This document shows positions 1-13,900 of a DNA stretch of 64,000 nt, piece after piece; within the stretch, counting starts at the first letter, position 1, and the number at the start of each line of letters is the position of its first letter. Under the pieces are notes generated by a model. It was given only the letters and a program-made list of their open reading frames with translations. It had not been told where the DNA came from and ran no database searches. Source of the stretch: Lophium mytilinum (lineage: Eukaryota); NCBI GenBank assembly GCA_010093605.1, contig MU004186.1, positions 1,530,616 to 1,594,615 on the forward strand. Direction: 5' to 3'. The position numbers were made by a program, and so were the translations under genes.

Positions 1-1748
1 ACATATGCAGCCTCAGGTCCACGCGCCAAGAAGTCGAAACACTTACCTCGCGATATGTCAGAATGAATCCGCGCAATCACCTTGCGCAGGTATTCAAGCG
101 CTGTGAAATGCAGCAAGTTGTAGTGCATGTCGTCGCTGATGGCTGAGTCGCCATCCTCGGGCAGCGGGACCTCGCCTTGAAGATTGCAGAGCCCCGTTTG
201 CGGAAGATCCAGGTCCAGGTGGAACCAACTACGTAAATGGTTCATCGCTATTCTAACATATTCAATGTGGAGAGCTACAGCCCGTACGTACTTTTCAATC
301 AGATGGCACATCCAGTATACTCGTTTGACCGCAACGCCCTTGGAATTATTCCAGTCCACTTCTTCACTATACCACAGGTTAGGAAATTGAGTACAGCACT
401 CGAAACAGCAATACAAACCATCGGATGATAACTTGGCAGGCAGCGGCAGCAGCAACGGTAGAGCGCCAAAAGTCCTAATATCGCAGGTGAGTACCATCCA
501 ATTTGCAACAACATAGGCTGAATACTTACCAAATGCCGGGCGCATGCTTCGTAATAAAGCCTGATTTGCTCACAGTCAGCGGAATGTCATGGACGCAAGC
601 TTCCACTGGGCGACATACGAGGCTAAAAGATGGCACTGGACGTTCTCCACGCTGCACTGTGTCATCAGAAACCCCATTCGCTTCCTCGCTTCATTGAAAA
701 TCTCAAGCCCCGGTGGCTCTGCTGATGTTCCACCCCTGATGCCACTGTTGGGGCGCACAGGGAGTCCGTTCGCCCCCTCGTCTGCGACGACGCCAAGTGA
801 CAGGACCAGTAAGACTAGAATGGAAACCAAGTTGTCTCCAAAACCATTCCGCACTGTAGGCGCGAGAAATCTTTCCTGAAACTCTTTACGGTCCAAGATT
901 GGAAACAGTCTATTGAAGTTTGAAAAATATGACTCAGTGTATTTATTCATCACTTCGATGCTGAGGTCGGGGAAGCGCACGCCTTCTAGCATGCGCACGC
1001 TAGTCAGGGGCGTACGAGTTGGCAGCACGTCGGTGTGCTTGACCAAATCATGGCGCAGAATCCACGGTGTCCCGGAGTGGATGATGCTTTGGAGGTCCAA
1101 GCCAGCGACTCCTCTATCAGTCATGTGCTCAGCAATAGCTGGCCAGAGCAAGATTTTATGAGGAGCCGTCAGGATGTTATTTGCCACCGGATTCTGGGCG
1201 AAGGCCTGCGCGCTCTCGGGAGTGAAAGGAGATGTGACGTCATGCTTGATGGTACCCGACATGGAGAAGGGGCTGCTTGAATGCAGGGTGGACGACTGGG
1301 CGGCCGTGGAGGCTGAGGTCGGACTTCTCGGGACCCTGAATACAGGAGATCCAGGGACGACTTGGCGGCCGAGGATATCGATCTTGCTCTCAATTCGGGC
1401 TTGGCCCTCAAGGACGCGGGTGATGTTGTCACTGATGTTGACCATAGTCTTATCCTTTCTAACGACATTGTCAGTATTGCCTATCCAACGCGGCCTGCTG
1501 CCCGGCATCTGTCACCGCGGAGCGGTGTCAACTCACTTGGTGGGCTGAGGCTCCCGGTACTTGCACTCGACATTTAGGCGATGACATAAACTGCATTTCG
1601 GCCTCCTCTCATCACACTTGGACTTCCGATTCCGGCACGTCTCACACGCCTGAGCAGCAATAGACGCGCGCTCCCGTCGTTGGCCACCATCCCCAGGGCT
1701 CCCCACCGATTCCCGATGCGCTTCAGCGAGTCCAAACCCGCTTTCCAT
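1..1748 (-). CDS. Zn(II)2Cys6 fungal transcription factor with fungal-specific TF middle region; multi-exon, 3' end runs off the left edge
   Basis: Exon 1 (1748-1537) encodes CETCRNRKSKCDERRPKCSLCHRLNVECKY (C6 cluster). A GTGAGT..TAG intron joins PTK|KDKTM to exon 2 (1458 to ~619). Short exons follow (LYYEACARHL, DFWRSTVAAAAACQ, VKRVYWMC, WFHLDLDLPQTGL), each bounded by GT/AG. Confidence 0.92.
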
Positions 1749-3224
1749 GCTGGACGACTCTAAGTTCTAAGCTGCTTGCAACATGCAGTGGACGCTGCAA
1801 GACTTGACGGTGGTGAGAATTTGAGCTTGTTAGAGAGAGCTGGACGCTTCACAGACGGAATGCTGTGGACGAAAGCGAGGAACTGGAAGAGGGACAGTAC
1901 AGACCGAATGCTGCCGGCGGCGCGATGTGTAGTGAATGTGAATGCTAGATGATAGGCGGCGGGGTTGTGTGAGATTGGTCAACGGTGCGAGACAGACGCG
2001 ACAAGAGCTGCGCTTTGAGGATCCTCGTAGGCTTCGGATCGATCATGCGGGTTAGGGGAGTCGGAGCTTTCGCCTTCATCCACTCCACATGGTGCTTCGG
2101 ACACTCTCCGCGGGAGGCACTAGGCTCAAAATTTCCCCCCAGCAGCAAGACGGCAATGCAGGATTCCCGTAGCAGCGGGAAAACGTGGAGATTCAAAGCT
2201 CTGTGCTCACCCTAAATGCGCACGTCTAATCCGAGCCAATGAGCAGAAGGGTAACCAGGGTTGCCACTTAGGCTTGCCACCGTGCTCGGAGCGTTCCGAA
2301 GAGTGAGTGTACCTGGAGAAGCTTCTCTGTGTTAAAAACTGCTCTTTTCGTGGCGATCTGTGCGGCGAGACGATCCGTCACTAGGCAAGGACACGGGAGT
2401 GCATCCAGGCACACTGACCTAGCTTCGACAAGTTCACTTAGCTTGTGGTGGCTAGTCCAACTCTGATATCATCCGCTTTTATATAAAGTGGCTGACGACC
2501 AGCTTGCGACAGCGACAACCTCGTGTCTATCTACTACGAGTTGTAGTCTCCCCCGTGCAGAATGAATGGAGCGTGTGATCCTCCAATTCACGAATTTCAG
2601 GGTCGAGGCACGACTTCTCGATATCGAATGGTAGTTCCGGATTAAGGCTGGTAACCCTCACAGCTGTGCAGTCCCAGTATGAGTATCTCTTACCTGACAG
2701 CAATGCTACGACTCACAAAGACAGCGGGTGTGGCTCCATCAGCAGTGCCTTTCCCACTCTGCATGCGCGGATGATTCTGAAACTTACCATCAAGGAAGCA
2801 TCAAGCAAATCGCATGGACGCCTCGGGGCGGGTTGTTGGGCCGGACGGCGTTGCTTTATGAGCTGCATGCTGGACTGTCATTCTCCCGCCCGGAGGCTTC
2901 TCCGTCTAAGCGACCGATGAGATCTTCAATAGGCCATCACGTGACTGACCCTCGCCCTCAGGCTCATCCTCATGTTGTCTTGCCACCAAACATTTAGAGG
3001 CCCTTTTCCACATCGTCGCATCATACCGGAGACTATGGCTGGAACCCACGCCAAATCGCCGCCATCGCTCGTTTCACCCGCTAGAGCAGATGATGACGGC
3101 TGCCACTCCCGCTGCTCTCCTCCAATGGCCCCCAGCAGAACAACACAATCATCACTTGGAACTTCGCCACCGCCGTTTCGCAGTCACGGCATGGACCCTT
3201 CCACCGTTTCCATCCCACTATTCC

Positions 3225-5150
3225 ATGGACCCCTGGACTCAGCTCCCGGACTTCCATCACCTGCCAGATGAACAGTGCGCCTTCCTCGATCCATACCACT
3301 GTTCGAGACGCATCGTGTCTAGCGCCCCAAATTATCTCGATCGCGGTAGTAGCGTGAGATGCGCAGCGGGCTGCTCTCGTTGCGCCGGGCCATAACTTGC
3401 TGCGGTGCCTGTGGCCGGTCATTATTATCACGCGTCGAGTCCTCTGGGCGATTCTCAACATACGCTGCGTTCTTTCTCCTCCATCCGGGGCCTAGGTGCA
3501 TTATGTGGCATCTCCGAGCACGGGTGGGAGCTCGCGACCTACTTCCGCCTCCCAGTGATTCATATCGAAGAGCGTGTCCGGGACTGTAGTGTGCACGCCG
3601 CGTCAACAACACTCACTGACAAAAACCAGCAATTCTATCCCTCCTACCTCATCGTTCCATGATTACGCTGTTTTGGCCTCGAATACAGGATCTACCACGT
3701 GGACCACATGGCGCGAACAATACATTACGTTGCAATCACAACGGATACGCCGTCCGAGGGGCGTTCACTTGAGAATCAGCCGAGCAATTGCATAAACCAA
3801 TCCTAGACCCGACCCATGCCAAAAAAGCACGAAAACCCGTGGCCAAACTATGCAAGAAATCGCTGCCCAGAATGAAGATACATTCTACCCTACTAAAGCC
3901 GATACGCACTGCCATCACACGAACAGTCTGTGCGAAAAATACCACCTTTTTCCATCACAATCACAACAACGCCCCGTTTAAATTTTCAAACGCCAGCTCG
4001 GGGTAAGAAGCTGCACAATGCGTCAGCTGAGCGTAGAGAACTTCGCAATGCGACAAGCCATCCGGCTCTATGCGTATCCACTCAAGTCTAGCCTCGCGCA
4101 CAGCTCGCCAGACAACCGCGCACGTTGCCACTTCACGACCACGCAAGCCATCTCGGGCTTTCCGCTTCTATACGTGTCTAGTGTCAAGCGCGGCAGGCCG
4201 TATAGACGTATGTCGCCCCAGCGTGTCCGCTTGCCACGACCTTCTCGAATTATCTAGCCATTAGAAAAAGCATGTGCTCTTGCCTCCTATTTCAGCCCGC
4301 ATATCGAGTCATCGAAGACTAGACTGCACCCTATGTCCCCAGGATTACTAACGGCGTTGTCCATTTCTAGGCCTGTCTAGCCTTGCGCGTCGGCCAGCTA
4401 ACCGCCTCCGGGCATGCTACGCATCACTGCTTCGCAATAGAACGAGCTACCGACTTCTGCTCTTCTGTGCCCGTCTAGGGTTGCATCTAGGCCCGAGACC
4501 AGCCAACAAATGCTCAACCTTACCACTTACTAGAACTCCGTATTCGTATCGCTTTCTACGCAACTAGCTAGCTAATCACACCCCGCCTCTGTTGAATATA
4601 AAAAGCCATCAGCGTCGTCTCAATATATGTACATACTCTATTTCCTATTTCGCCCGAATAATTAGGCTTATACTCATACAAATAGAAAGCACACACTAGC
4701 GTTACTTACCTTTACCAAGCAATTCTCAATCAGCGAATACTTCTGTCCTGCTGTTCATACCAAAGTGATATTGTGTAATCATCACCATCCCCCAATCCTT
4801 CAACCACCTCCTCAACGCACGCGCCCGCTAGCAAATTCAAATCGCGACTAGACGAGCTTCGTTCTGGGGACACGGTCCCCGGGTTGTTCCTTGACTTCGT
4901 TCCCGAGCTTGGCAGCCCTTCGCAAGTGTTCGCTCGCTCGCTCGCTACTAGAATGGTACTCGCGTCATCTCGCGCGCCCTCCTTCTACTAAGGCCTCATA
5001 AAAGTCACCTTACATTTCCGAAAACGTATTACTACATTTCATAACTTGCTCTTGGCCGTCTAGAGGTCTAGCTGGTGTTGGAGTGCTCTTGGACTAGCGT
5101 GCGGTGTAGTAGTATGGATATTTAAGCTCTAATGGAGCGAGGGGGGCTGA
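3225..5150 (+). pseudogene. Possible decayed gene or relic, RIP-like
   Basis: Protein-like stretches broken by stops (e.g. ORFs 3090-3395 and 3405-3662 are in one frame, separated by a single TAA). 4250-5300 has many CTAG/TAG and no long ORF. No family recognised. Confidence 0.25.
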
Positions 5151-5533
5151 CAGGGTCATCTTGGGCTCGGGCTTTTGATAGCGGTTCTTTGTTCTACTAT
5201 TTACTTAATACTAAAGAGAGGATTTAGGGGACAGGGAGGGAGCAGCGGTGGTAGATGGGATTGTATACACGCGATCTCTGGAACATGGGTATAGGGAGGG
5301 TACTAGAATATAGCTCTACGTGTACCTCTGATTGTTACAGTCTAAGACCCCTTTATGCGTCTTCAATGATCTAAACAAGATGGGACCGTTTTGTCTCAAG
5401 CCACCCATCCTACAACCATCTCCACAACAAACCCCATTTCTCGTACAGACAGATCCCCGACAGTCGTACAAATCTACACCCACCTCACAATCCCCTCTTC
5501 CACTCCCGTTTCCATTTCCTACTCCCACTCCCC

Positions 5534-7055
5534 TTACATCCCCGCCCTCCTAATTACCCCCTCAACCTCCCCCTCCCCCACCTCCCCCGGCACAACCCCC
5601 ATCTCCTTCAACCCCTCCAAGAACCGCCTCTTGCCCTCCTGATAACTGGCCTCCCACACCCCAGCCAGCTTCTCCACCTCCTTCACTACAATCTCCTCCG
5701 CCTCCCCCCCCATATACGCCACGTTCTTTCTCACAACAACTGCCGCAATGTTTTCAATCAAGAACAGCTGCCGCTCGAACCTCTTATCCAGAATCGCAAT
5801 CTCCTGTCTCAGATGCGGCGGCGTAGGATTCCTCGGTACTGGGAGGGCGGGGAGGCGGGGGATAGAGGCGGCGGGTGGGGTGGCGGAGGGGGTGGGTAGC
5901 GTGGGTCCGGGCGTGGGTAAAGGGGGTCCGGGCGCGGGGAGATGGTCGGCGAGGTGGTCGGCGAGGTCGGCGGCGGTGTTGATGCAGTGGTAGGTGCCTG
6001 GCTCGCCGGGGACGGGGAGGTGTAGGGGGAAGGTGATGAGAGAGGGGTTTAGAGTAGAGAGGTCGCCGCGGTAGATGTTCAGCGGGGCTCGTTCTTTAGG
6101 CTTTTGGGGCCCGCGTTTACGGGGGGAGCGGCGGTGATGCGGAGGGGGGGTGGAGGGCTTGGGGATTGAGGGAATGGCTGTTAGGCCTGAGGTTTCGGAG
6201 GCGGAGGCGGAGGGGGCCGGCTGGTTTTTGGGCTTCTTGCGTATCGTCAGTGGTTGGTGTGAGGGAGGCTCTTCGGAGTCGGAGGGGCCTGGGATGGAGG
6301 CAGGGGTTTTGGAGACGCGGGAAGGGGCATCCTTCTTAAGCCTTAGAGGTATAGGCGTTAAGAGGGTGTGCTTGTGCGAGTCGAATCCTTCATGTTCGGA
6401 GAGTTCGGAGGCGGATGATTCCTCAGGGACGGGGGCGGCGCGTTTGCTCGACTTCGCCAACGCTGTCTTAGGACGAATACGCTGGTGTGAGCGAAACTCT
6501 TCAGGTTGTTCGGGTTCGGAGGGCTCAGTGGTATCTTCGGAGACGTACGCGGCGCGGTTTCTCTTCGCGGGCACAGTATCAATGCGGTTGCGCTGCTGCG
6601 AACGATTCGCATGACGATGGAAGGTCGGTTTCGAGAGAATTGGAGTCTCGTCAGATGTATCAGAACTGTATCCAGTGCTTGGGTGCATTTCTTGGATTCG
6701 GCGGGAACGCCTAGGCGTCCTAGGGTCCACAGGCACGCGTTTTGTTGCCTTGAGGAGCGGTGGCGCTGTGGTTGCTGCTAATTGCGAGCGCTGGGATGGT
6801 GAAATGGGAGTGGTTTCCGTAGAGCTGCTGGTTGTGGATGACTCGTGCGAGGTGTCTACGGAGTATGCCTGCTCGTAATCGGATTTTGCTACTGGCTCAG
6901 AATCCGTACTTGAAGTCTCAGTAGAATCAAGCGTATCTGGAGGCTTGGAGCTTTGGTCGCGGAAGATGACGTTGGTGCAGAACTTGTACAATCTCTGGAG
7001 AGCGGGTTAGTGAAGACGCTGCAATACGGATATATAGCAAACCTACCGAAAGCAT
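5534..7055 (-). CDS. Hypothetical low-complexity Ser/Pro/Glu/Arg-rich protein with helical C-terminus
   Basis: 485-codon ORF. Proposed micro-exon ATG CTT TCG (7055-7047) and GTAGGT..CTAAC..CAG intron (7046-6995) splice in frame to RLYKFC. Confidence 0.7.
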
Positions 7056-8597
7056 TATTACGACGTCGGTAGAGAGTAAGTCAGGGTTTGCCAGCTGTGG
7101 TCTTTGCTTTACTGTATAACAGTTTGAGAATGTTGCAAGCCGTTGCTTTTGCTTTAACTGTAAAATAGCTTGAGGGTGCGGGCATGATACAAACATTTAA
7201 GTGCAATGTGATAGCTGGCTATGGCTTCAAGGATTCACTTAATACCTTTTATGATATTAGATTTGCGAAGCACGCTTATGTGCGGAAGCGTGAGGTCTTC
7301 TGTACGCCGGATGCCGCGTTAGCACCGAGTCTAAGATCTCGAATGAGACACAACACCATTTTCTACTCTCACCAGCGCAAAAAGACAGCCAAAAGCAAAC
7401 TGTCCCTAATTTCACTGTTCCCAACGAGTAATAATGCATGTACTAGTCAGACCTGAGGCAGGGCCGCTGAGCCAGATACCAAAAAGAATACCCAAGGAGC
7501 AAAAGACCACCCTCCCTGAGGAGGGTGTAGAAAATCCCCTCGGGGATCTTACCCTGGACTTACGACTTTCCACGCTGCGCCGTTTCGGACGATTCTTCGG
7601 GAAATAGCCAAGAGTTGGGGCTGGAGTCGAACTCACAACCCCTGGGGGGCTCGTTGGTGGCGCTGAACCAACTGAAACCACGGACCTGCTGTTCGAATTA
7701 GTTGGAGAATGGCGGAATTAGACTAAACATATACCTAGACTCATCAGAAGCGCAGTCAAGCACCATTCTTTCACCTGTGGCGTCACACGTGGTTGGGACC
7801 CGACATGCGTTCCGAGGAGTCTCCGAGGCAGTTGTTTACTCAGCGATTCTACGACAAGGTCCTTGACGTACATGATGATATTAGTGTCCGATGCCTTGAT
7901 TTGACTGTGTCACACGCATCGATGTATCCCTTAATCCGTCGTGGCGCAATGCTCGGAATCAGGATCAGGTTCCGTTGAAAACAAAGTGCAGCCCGACAGC
8001 GTTTGAGGTGGCCCGCAAAGCTATCGGCCTTGTCAATGTTGTCCCTTTTTGATCTTCTGTGGCGTACTACAGGACCTCAAGCGGTACTGGACAAGTGCAC
8101 GAAAAGCCTAGAGCGGGTGTATTGCTTAAGTACTGCAAGATCAGGAATCTCATCCCAAAGATCGCAAGATAAGAAAACACTTACATTCGTGACATCTATA
8201 CCCGCCGGCTAAGCAATCCATCTAGTAACCTCCCCGCCAGAATCCGGACCACGCGATTCCTTCTGACCCATATCACTTTGTTTAATAGTATGATCGCGAG
8301 GTGAAAGCGGCTAGCTCCGTGATGATTGTGTTTGGAAGGGATGAGTAAATGCGTCCAGAATAGGGCCGTATCAAAGCGCCGCCTCGTCACTTTTGCTGAT
8401 CCTGAAATCAAGATTGAAGGAGACGAGATGAATTGTGGACGAAGAAAAGCCCTAGTGAAATAAGCACCAGCAGTGGTGGTCAAATTGCGGAGTTACAGAA
8501 TCACGGAGCTCCTCACCTCTCAAATCAACGAATAACGAGAATCCGCAAGTCTTACTGTGACGATGGAATCATATTTAGGCAACCACCTCCTCTACTC

Positions 8598-10163
8598 CTA
8601 AAGTTTCTTGCAAAAGTTTCTCCCATGCCTCACCTGCCAGTTGCACAGCCAAACCTCAAACGCCATCCCCACAAAGCCCGCGATGCAGATACCGCCCGAA
8701 TCACTCACACTAGTAGCACCAAGGCTGAACTCGCGATCCACTTTGGGCACATTGTCTGTTATCTCCGCAAAGGTGCTTACGTATACGAGACCGCCCAGAA
8801 GCCCCTCCCAGAAGATGATGAGGCACACGATGTAAAAATTGGGAATGAAGTCGAATAGGGCGTGCGACGTGAGGAGAATGAGGTTCAATACTTGAAGTAT
8901 TGAAGGGAGGTAGAGGTGGTGGACACGGAAGAATGGAGTTGAGGATCTTGAGAGGAAGACGCCCACCTGGTAGACAGCGTTGTAGGTGGGATAGAAGGAT
9001 CTGAAGTGCTCGAAGGGGCTCGATTTGAGAGGGAAGAGGAGGGTGGGTGCGACGCCTTGATTGATGGTGTATTCGGCAACGTACACAAGAAGTAGAGGCA
9101 GCATACTGGGGAATCGTTAGCGGGGAAATGCTCACATGCGCCTATAAACGTACTATGGGAAGAACAATCCTCGCGAGCGCGCAAGATTTGCTTTGAGACT
9201 ATTCCATGCGTTGCGTGTTCGCGATCTTGACTGGTTGATGGAAGTAAAGCTGCGGCCGGAGGCTGAATGCATGGAGGAGCTGAGTAGATGCTCGCCTTCG
9301 GGAGATGCATTGGGCGAAGTATCAGAATCACTTTCTTCAGCAGAGATAGTGGGTGACTGGTCCTGGTCTAACCTCTCGTACTCTGCTTGTTTTGCGCCTG
9401 CCTTGAGAGGGCCCAGGGGCAAGATGATGAAGAAGCTAATTAGCATGATGACAGGCAAGAAAGAGAATGCCAGGAGACTCGTTCGCACACTCAATCCCAG
9501 AGTGGTTGTAGCAATGACGTAGGCACCGGCGCCGATGAGTCCTGCTCCACCTGTCCCAGAGCCCCATGCAGCGAGACTGAAGTGGCCATAGTGGTGCGTC
9601 AAGCCAAGAAAGCTAAGTTCTCCCCCTCCACTGCTCAAGCTGGCCAGAATAACGCCAGACATCTTGATTGCAACTGTCTTGCCATCGCGTGAGGCGGGCG
9701 TCAGGGCAATGAGAAGCATGCCACATGCTGACAAGGCTACGAAGACGAGGATTCGAATCTGGTAGGGGACCTTGTGGATGAAGTATGGGGCCACCAGCTT
9801 GGTCAGGAAGGAGGGTATCACGTCTGCCAGCAGCACGACGCCCTTGGGGACCGAGGGCCCGACAAGGTCGAGGGCGGAGGAGAGGATGATGACATAGAGG
9901 ACGTTGTTGATCAGGCCTGGGAGGTTAGTTTATGTATGTGCATGTCATAGAGCGGTTGAATATCAATGATATAATATCTCTCAAGTTTGAAGTCACACTA
10001 CAGACGCACTGGACTAATTGGGGAAAGACTTCCAGAGAATGTGCATACCGAAGAGCCAGAAAGCTGCACACACACGCGGATCGGCGCCTTCGAAGGTCGA
10101 CTTGAGCCGCGCGCGGAAACGGGGCCAGGACGCAGCGGGCGAGCCTGGCATGGGCAGCGGCAT
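8598..10163 (-). CDS. BTN1: Battenin/CLN3 family vacuolar membrane protein
   Basis: Motifs [81 protein letters not shown]. Introns ~10048-9917 and ~9154-9106. Confidence 0.95.
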
Positions 10164-10976
10164 GAGAAAGACAAGCTAGACAGCGCAGGCAGCGGGATGA
10201 GGGGCGGAAGGGTGCAGCATTTGGCTGGTGGCTGGGCGGAGTGCGTTATCGTGAGTTGTCCATCTGGTGTTGAGCACGCTGCAAGTGACAGGTCGGCTTC
10301 GGCAGTCTGCCAGTGTGGTCGTGTGAATCGGGCCGGGATTAGCGGCCAAATTTAGCCCCCTGTGCCCACAGCGTTGGCGGATGCAAAACACTCGATGGCT
10401 GCCACATGAGCCTTGGAATGCCAGGCCTGCCGCAGGGCCCATCTCGACTGGCTCGCGCCCGCATCACGCTCGATGCCGCCCCGCGCTCAAGGGGCCCCGG
10501 TAGTTTGGCTGTGCTGGCTGCTTCACCGCCTGAATCTGTGCATACTCAGCACACAGCTTGCCCCCGCGGCCACTGTCTGGGCTGCTGGAGTCGGAGAAAT
10601 AGAGACCTTCAGCGTCGCACTCGAGGCACGACGGCGGTTCCACTGTGGGCCGTGGCCCGAACGAGTAAGGCTGTGATGCATGACGGAGACGTGGAGAGCA
10701 GCACATCCCGGTCGCAATCGACCCTTGAACGGTGGCTGGCTCGACTAGACGCCGCTCGGTCCTAACCTTGGGATCGCTTTCCTCCCCGGCTGCTCTCCCA
10801 ACTAACTCATCAACCGCTTCTCTCATCACCGCCCACACTCAGCACCCACGAGCCCGTCCTCCTCGTCCGCAGTGCTCGAGAGAGCCATGCGAGTGCGCCT
10901 CCCGAGCACGTACTAGCTGCTGGCCACGACCGAGCCCCGTGCCTGACGGTCCGCCGAGCAGAGAAGCGCGCCCACG

Positions 10977-13900
10977 ATGGATCCACGACACAACCAGCAG
11001 CAGTCGCAGCACCCCTTCACGCGCCCGCCAGACCGCCCTCTCATACACAACCCGAACCACCAGCCGGCGCCCCCGTCCCAGCAGCCGCAGCCCTACTCCT
11101 CCTATCCTCCCGGCTCGCAGCCACAACCCCCCGTCCACGCGCCCTTTTCCGACCCATACACTTCGAGACGGGACCCTTTCCTCCCGACACCCTCGCAGCA
11201 GGGTCGCCGAGAGGGCTATGGCGTCCACGATGGTCTTCGCGATAGAGAGGCTGCGCCCGCAGAGCGCCAGGTTATGAATGGAGGCTGGGCAAATTCAGGT
11301 ACGATACACGTCTATTCATTAGAGTCGATTTCTTAGGCACAGCACACGCGAGCACGCTTCCAAATCGACGCCCGAATGGATCCCGTACCAACTACGCCAT
11401 ATGTGCTATCCTCGTACCCCTGGGGCGTTTGCAACACATTCACTGCCTGTTGGACCAGCGCAGGAGGAATGGGTTTGTCTAGCCGCCGTGTCTTGTCGTT
11501 GCGTCACAGGCCACACCATACATTTGCCATGTGCAGGAAATCCCGCGCGATGGAGCGTCCAACAGTCCTGCACCATCGAGCAGGGCAATCCCCGAAGCAC
11601 AAACTCGCGACTCAGACCTGTACGACCGCAACGACCCGATACGCGTGGCTAAGACAACCACCCACCGAAGAATGCTCGAGGCCAACGCGTGCACTGCTCC
11701 CTCATCTCCTCTCCATGCTCCCATCAGCCTTCTGCCTCTTTTCTGTTGAACCGCCGGCATCCTCGTCTGTACCCACACTTTGGCGCGCTAAGCGAGCTTG
11801 TTCCTGCGCACTAGCTTTTTCTGACTGGCGAGACGTTTGATGGCTGATCGTGTTCTAGCGCCTCACCCCCAGCATCACCACTCCCAATCCGGCCCACCGC
11901 CTCCGCCTTCCATCACGTCCGCCCACAGCTCCTCGAACCAGCCTCCCTATGACTACGGTCCTGCCCGGAGAGGCTCTCTCGGTGGCGCCAGCCCTCCAGC
12001 CCTATACGGAGGTAAGCTCTATTTTTGGCTTTGTTGCAGACACATCGAACACCGCAGCCGAGACCCGGCCAGTATCAAGAGACACAATACATGGTTGTGG
12101 CTGGCACGACATCCGCCTGGCATGATTGACTGGATATTCGTGCCAGTCTGGGCCAGCACCATCTTCTTCCTACAGCTATATGTCCTGCAAGCTATGCATA
12201 ACTTTACTAACATTCTGCAGCTCCCCCTCATGACGCCCCCCCACCGCCGCCGTCCTTTCCTCGCCCGCATATGCCACCCCCCTCGTCCCCCCAGCAGCCG
12301 CAGTCTCACTTGTCCCATGTATCCACTCAGCGTGCACCCTTCCCGTCGTCGTCCTACGGCGGCGGGCGAGAGCTTCCCGGCCTAGCCTCAGGTCACCGAC
12401 AGGGAGGCAGTATGTCTATTTCTTCCCTCATCGGTGGTGATTCTTCAACGTCTAATCATGCAGCTCAAAACCAAGCGTCTTCTCCTAGTACATCCGCCTC
12501 AGCCACCCCCATTGGCAACCACGCAATGCAGCCTCCTTCTCCACGGCGGGTGACGTCCGGATCCAGGTCTGACTTCCCTCAGTTCCGCCGCCACCCTTCT
12601 CCCGATAGGCACGCGATGCCAAACTCAGTAACGAGAATGTCCGAGGGACATGGCTACTCCGCCAGCTCGCCTCCGCGACCTTATTCTAGTAGCCATGGAT
12701 CCCCAGAGCGTGGTCGGCAAAATCTGCCCTCAGCTTCGCAACCTTATAGGCCGATGACGTTCCAAGGCTCGCGACTTTACCAGTCGTCGCCTAATGATGC
12801 GCAATCACGTGACTCGCGGCAATCTGGCATTCCTCCACGTCCAAGCAGTCAGCCCTCTGCTCCCGTCGAGGCGGAGTCCAAGTCAAGTCTTGATGCGTTG
12901 GGGCCGAGACGAGCTGCGTATGGCGCCAACGAAGGTGAACGGAGGCGAACTATGGGAGAGTCTCATCACTCTAGGCCCAATACCTCGGAACTTCTAGGCG
13001 GCGTAACGCAAGAACAGAGAGACCGCGACCGTCCAGTAACGGTTCAACCGGTTTCGCAGTCTGCTTTCAGCCCTCCTCGGGACCAGCGAATGTCGGCGAT
13101 TCCTCAGGAGACTTCACAGCAGTCCCAACGAAACTTATTTTGGCGAAATCAAGCTGGGGCTGGGGAAGAAGGCCATCGCGATCTAAATCCTGGCTCCGCC
13201 CCATTGTTCCGTCTAGGATTTGGCGGCCCTGCAGCTCCGTCTCAGGCACAGTCTCCATTTGCAAACGCAAGCGGTGATGAACAAGCTCGAATCCGGGCGG
13301 CCTCTGAATCCCACCGGCTAATGGAGGTATATCACCCGCCGCCCACCTCCGATCCGAATAGTACAGAGAGGCGAAGGGCTGAGCAGTTCATACACACGCC
13401 TTCGTCTAGTTCTAATTCGTACACGCCTCGTTCTGTGGGGTATGAGCAGCAGCAACGCCGCTTCGGCGAAGAGATGCTACCACAGAAGTCGTTCCTGGGC
13501 AATTTGGGGGGCCCGGAAGCAAATAGACGAACAGGGCGAGCATCGCCACTCCCTCAGGCCGTACAAGGTGCTCAGGCTCAGCCAGCAGGAATCGGCGGCG
13601 ACCCGAATATCAAGAGCGAATTCGGAAGGATGTTTTCTGGTTTAGGGAGTGGACTAGGGACTGGCCCTCCTGGCATTACTACACCATCGAGACAAAGCCC
13701 TCTTCCACAAGGTTCGCAGGAGTCTCTCGGCGGAGACTTCATGTCTCGCGTTAATTCCCAGGGTGGACGTAAACCAAAGAGGGTAAAGGATGAAGACAAT
13801 ACGCTTGATAGTGATGGTGACGGTAGAGGCACGCCAAACCTAATGGGTCCACGAGGGGCCAAGCGCAACAAACACAGTCACGCAGCCCACCATCATCACC

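Noticed and set aside
2286..2299. TCGG-N6-CCGA (UaY/Ppr1-type site) upstream of the C6 factor
   Set aside because: Only 8 fixed bases, so about one match is expected by chance in 64 kb.
7612..7690. tRNA-like A box (TGGTTTCAGTTGG) and B box (GTTCGACTC) on the - strand
   Set aside because: Acceptor, anticodon and T stems do not pair; not a tRNA. At most a decayed Pol III relic.
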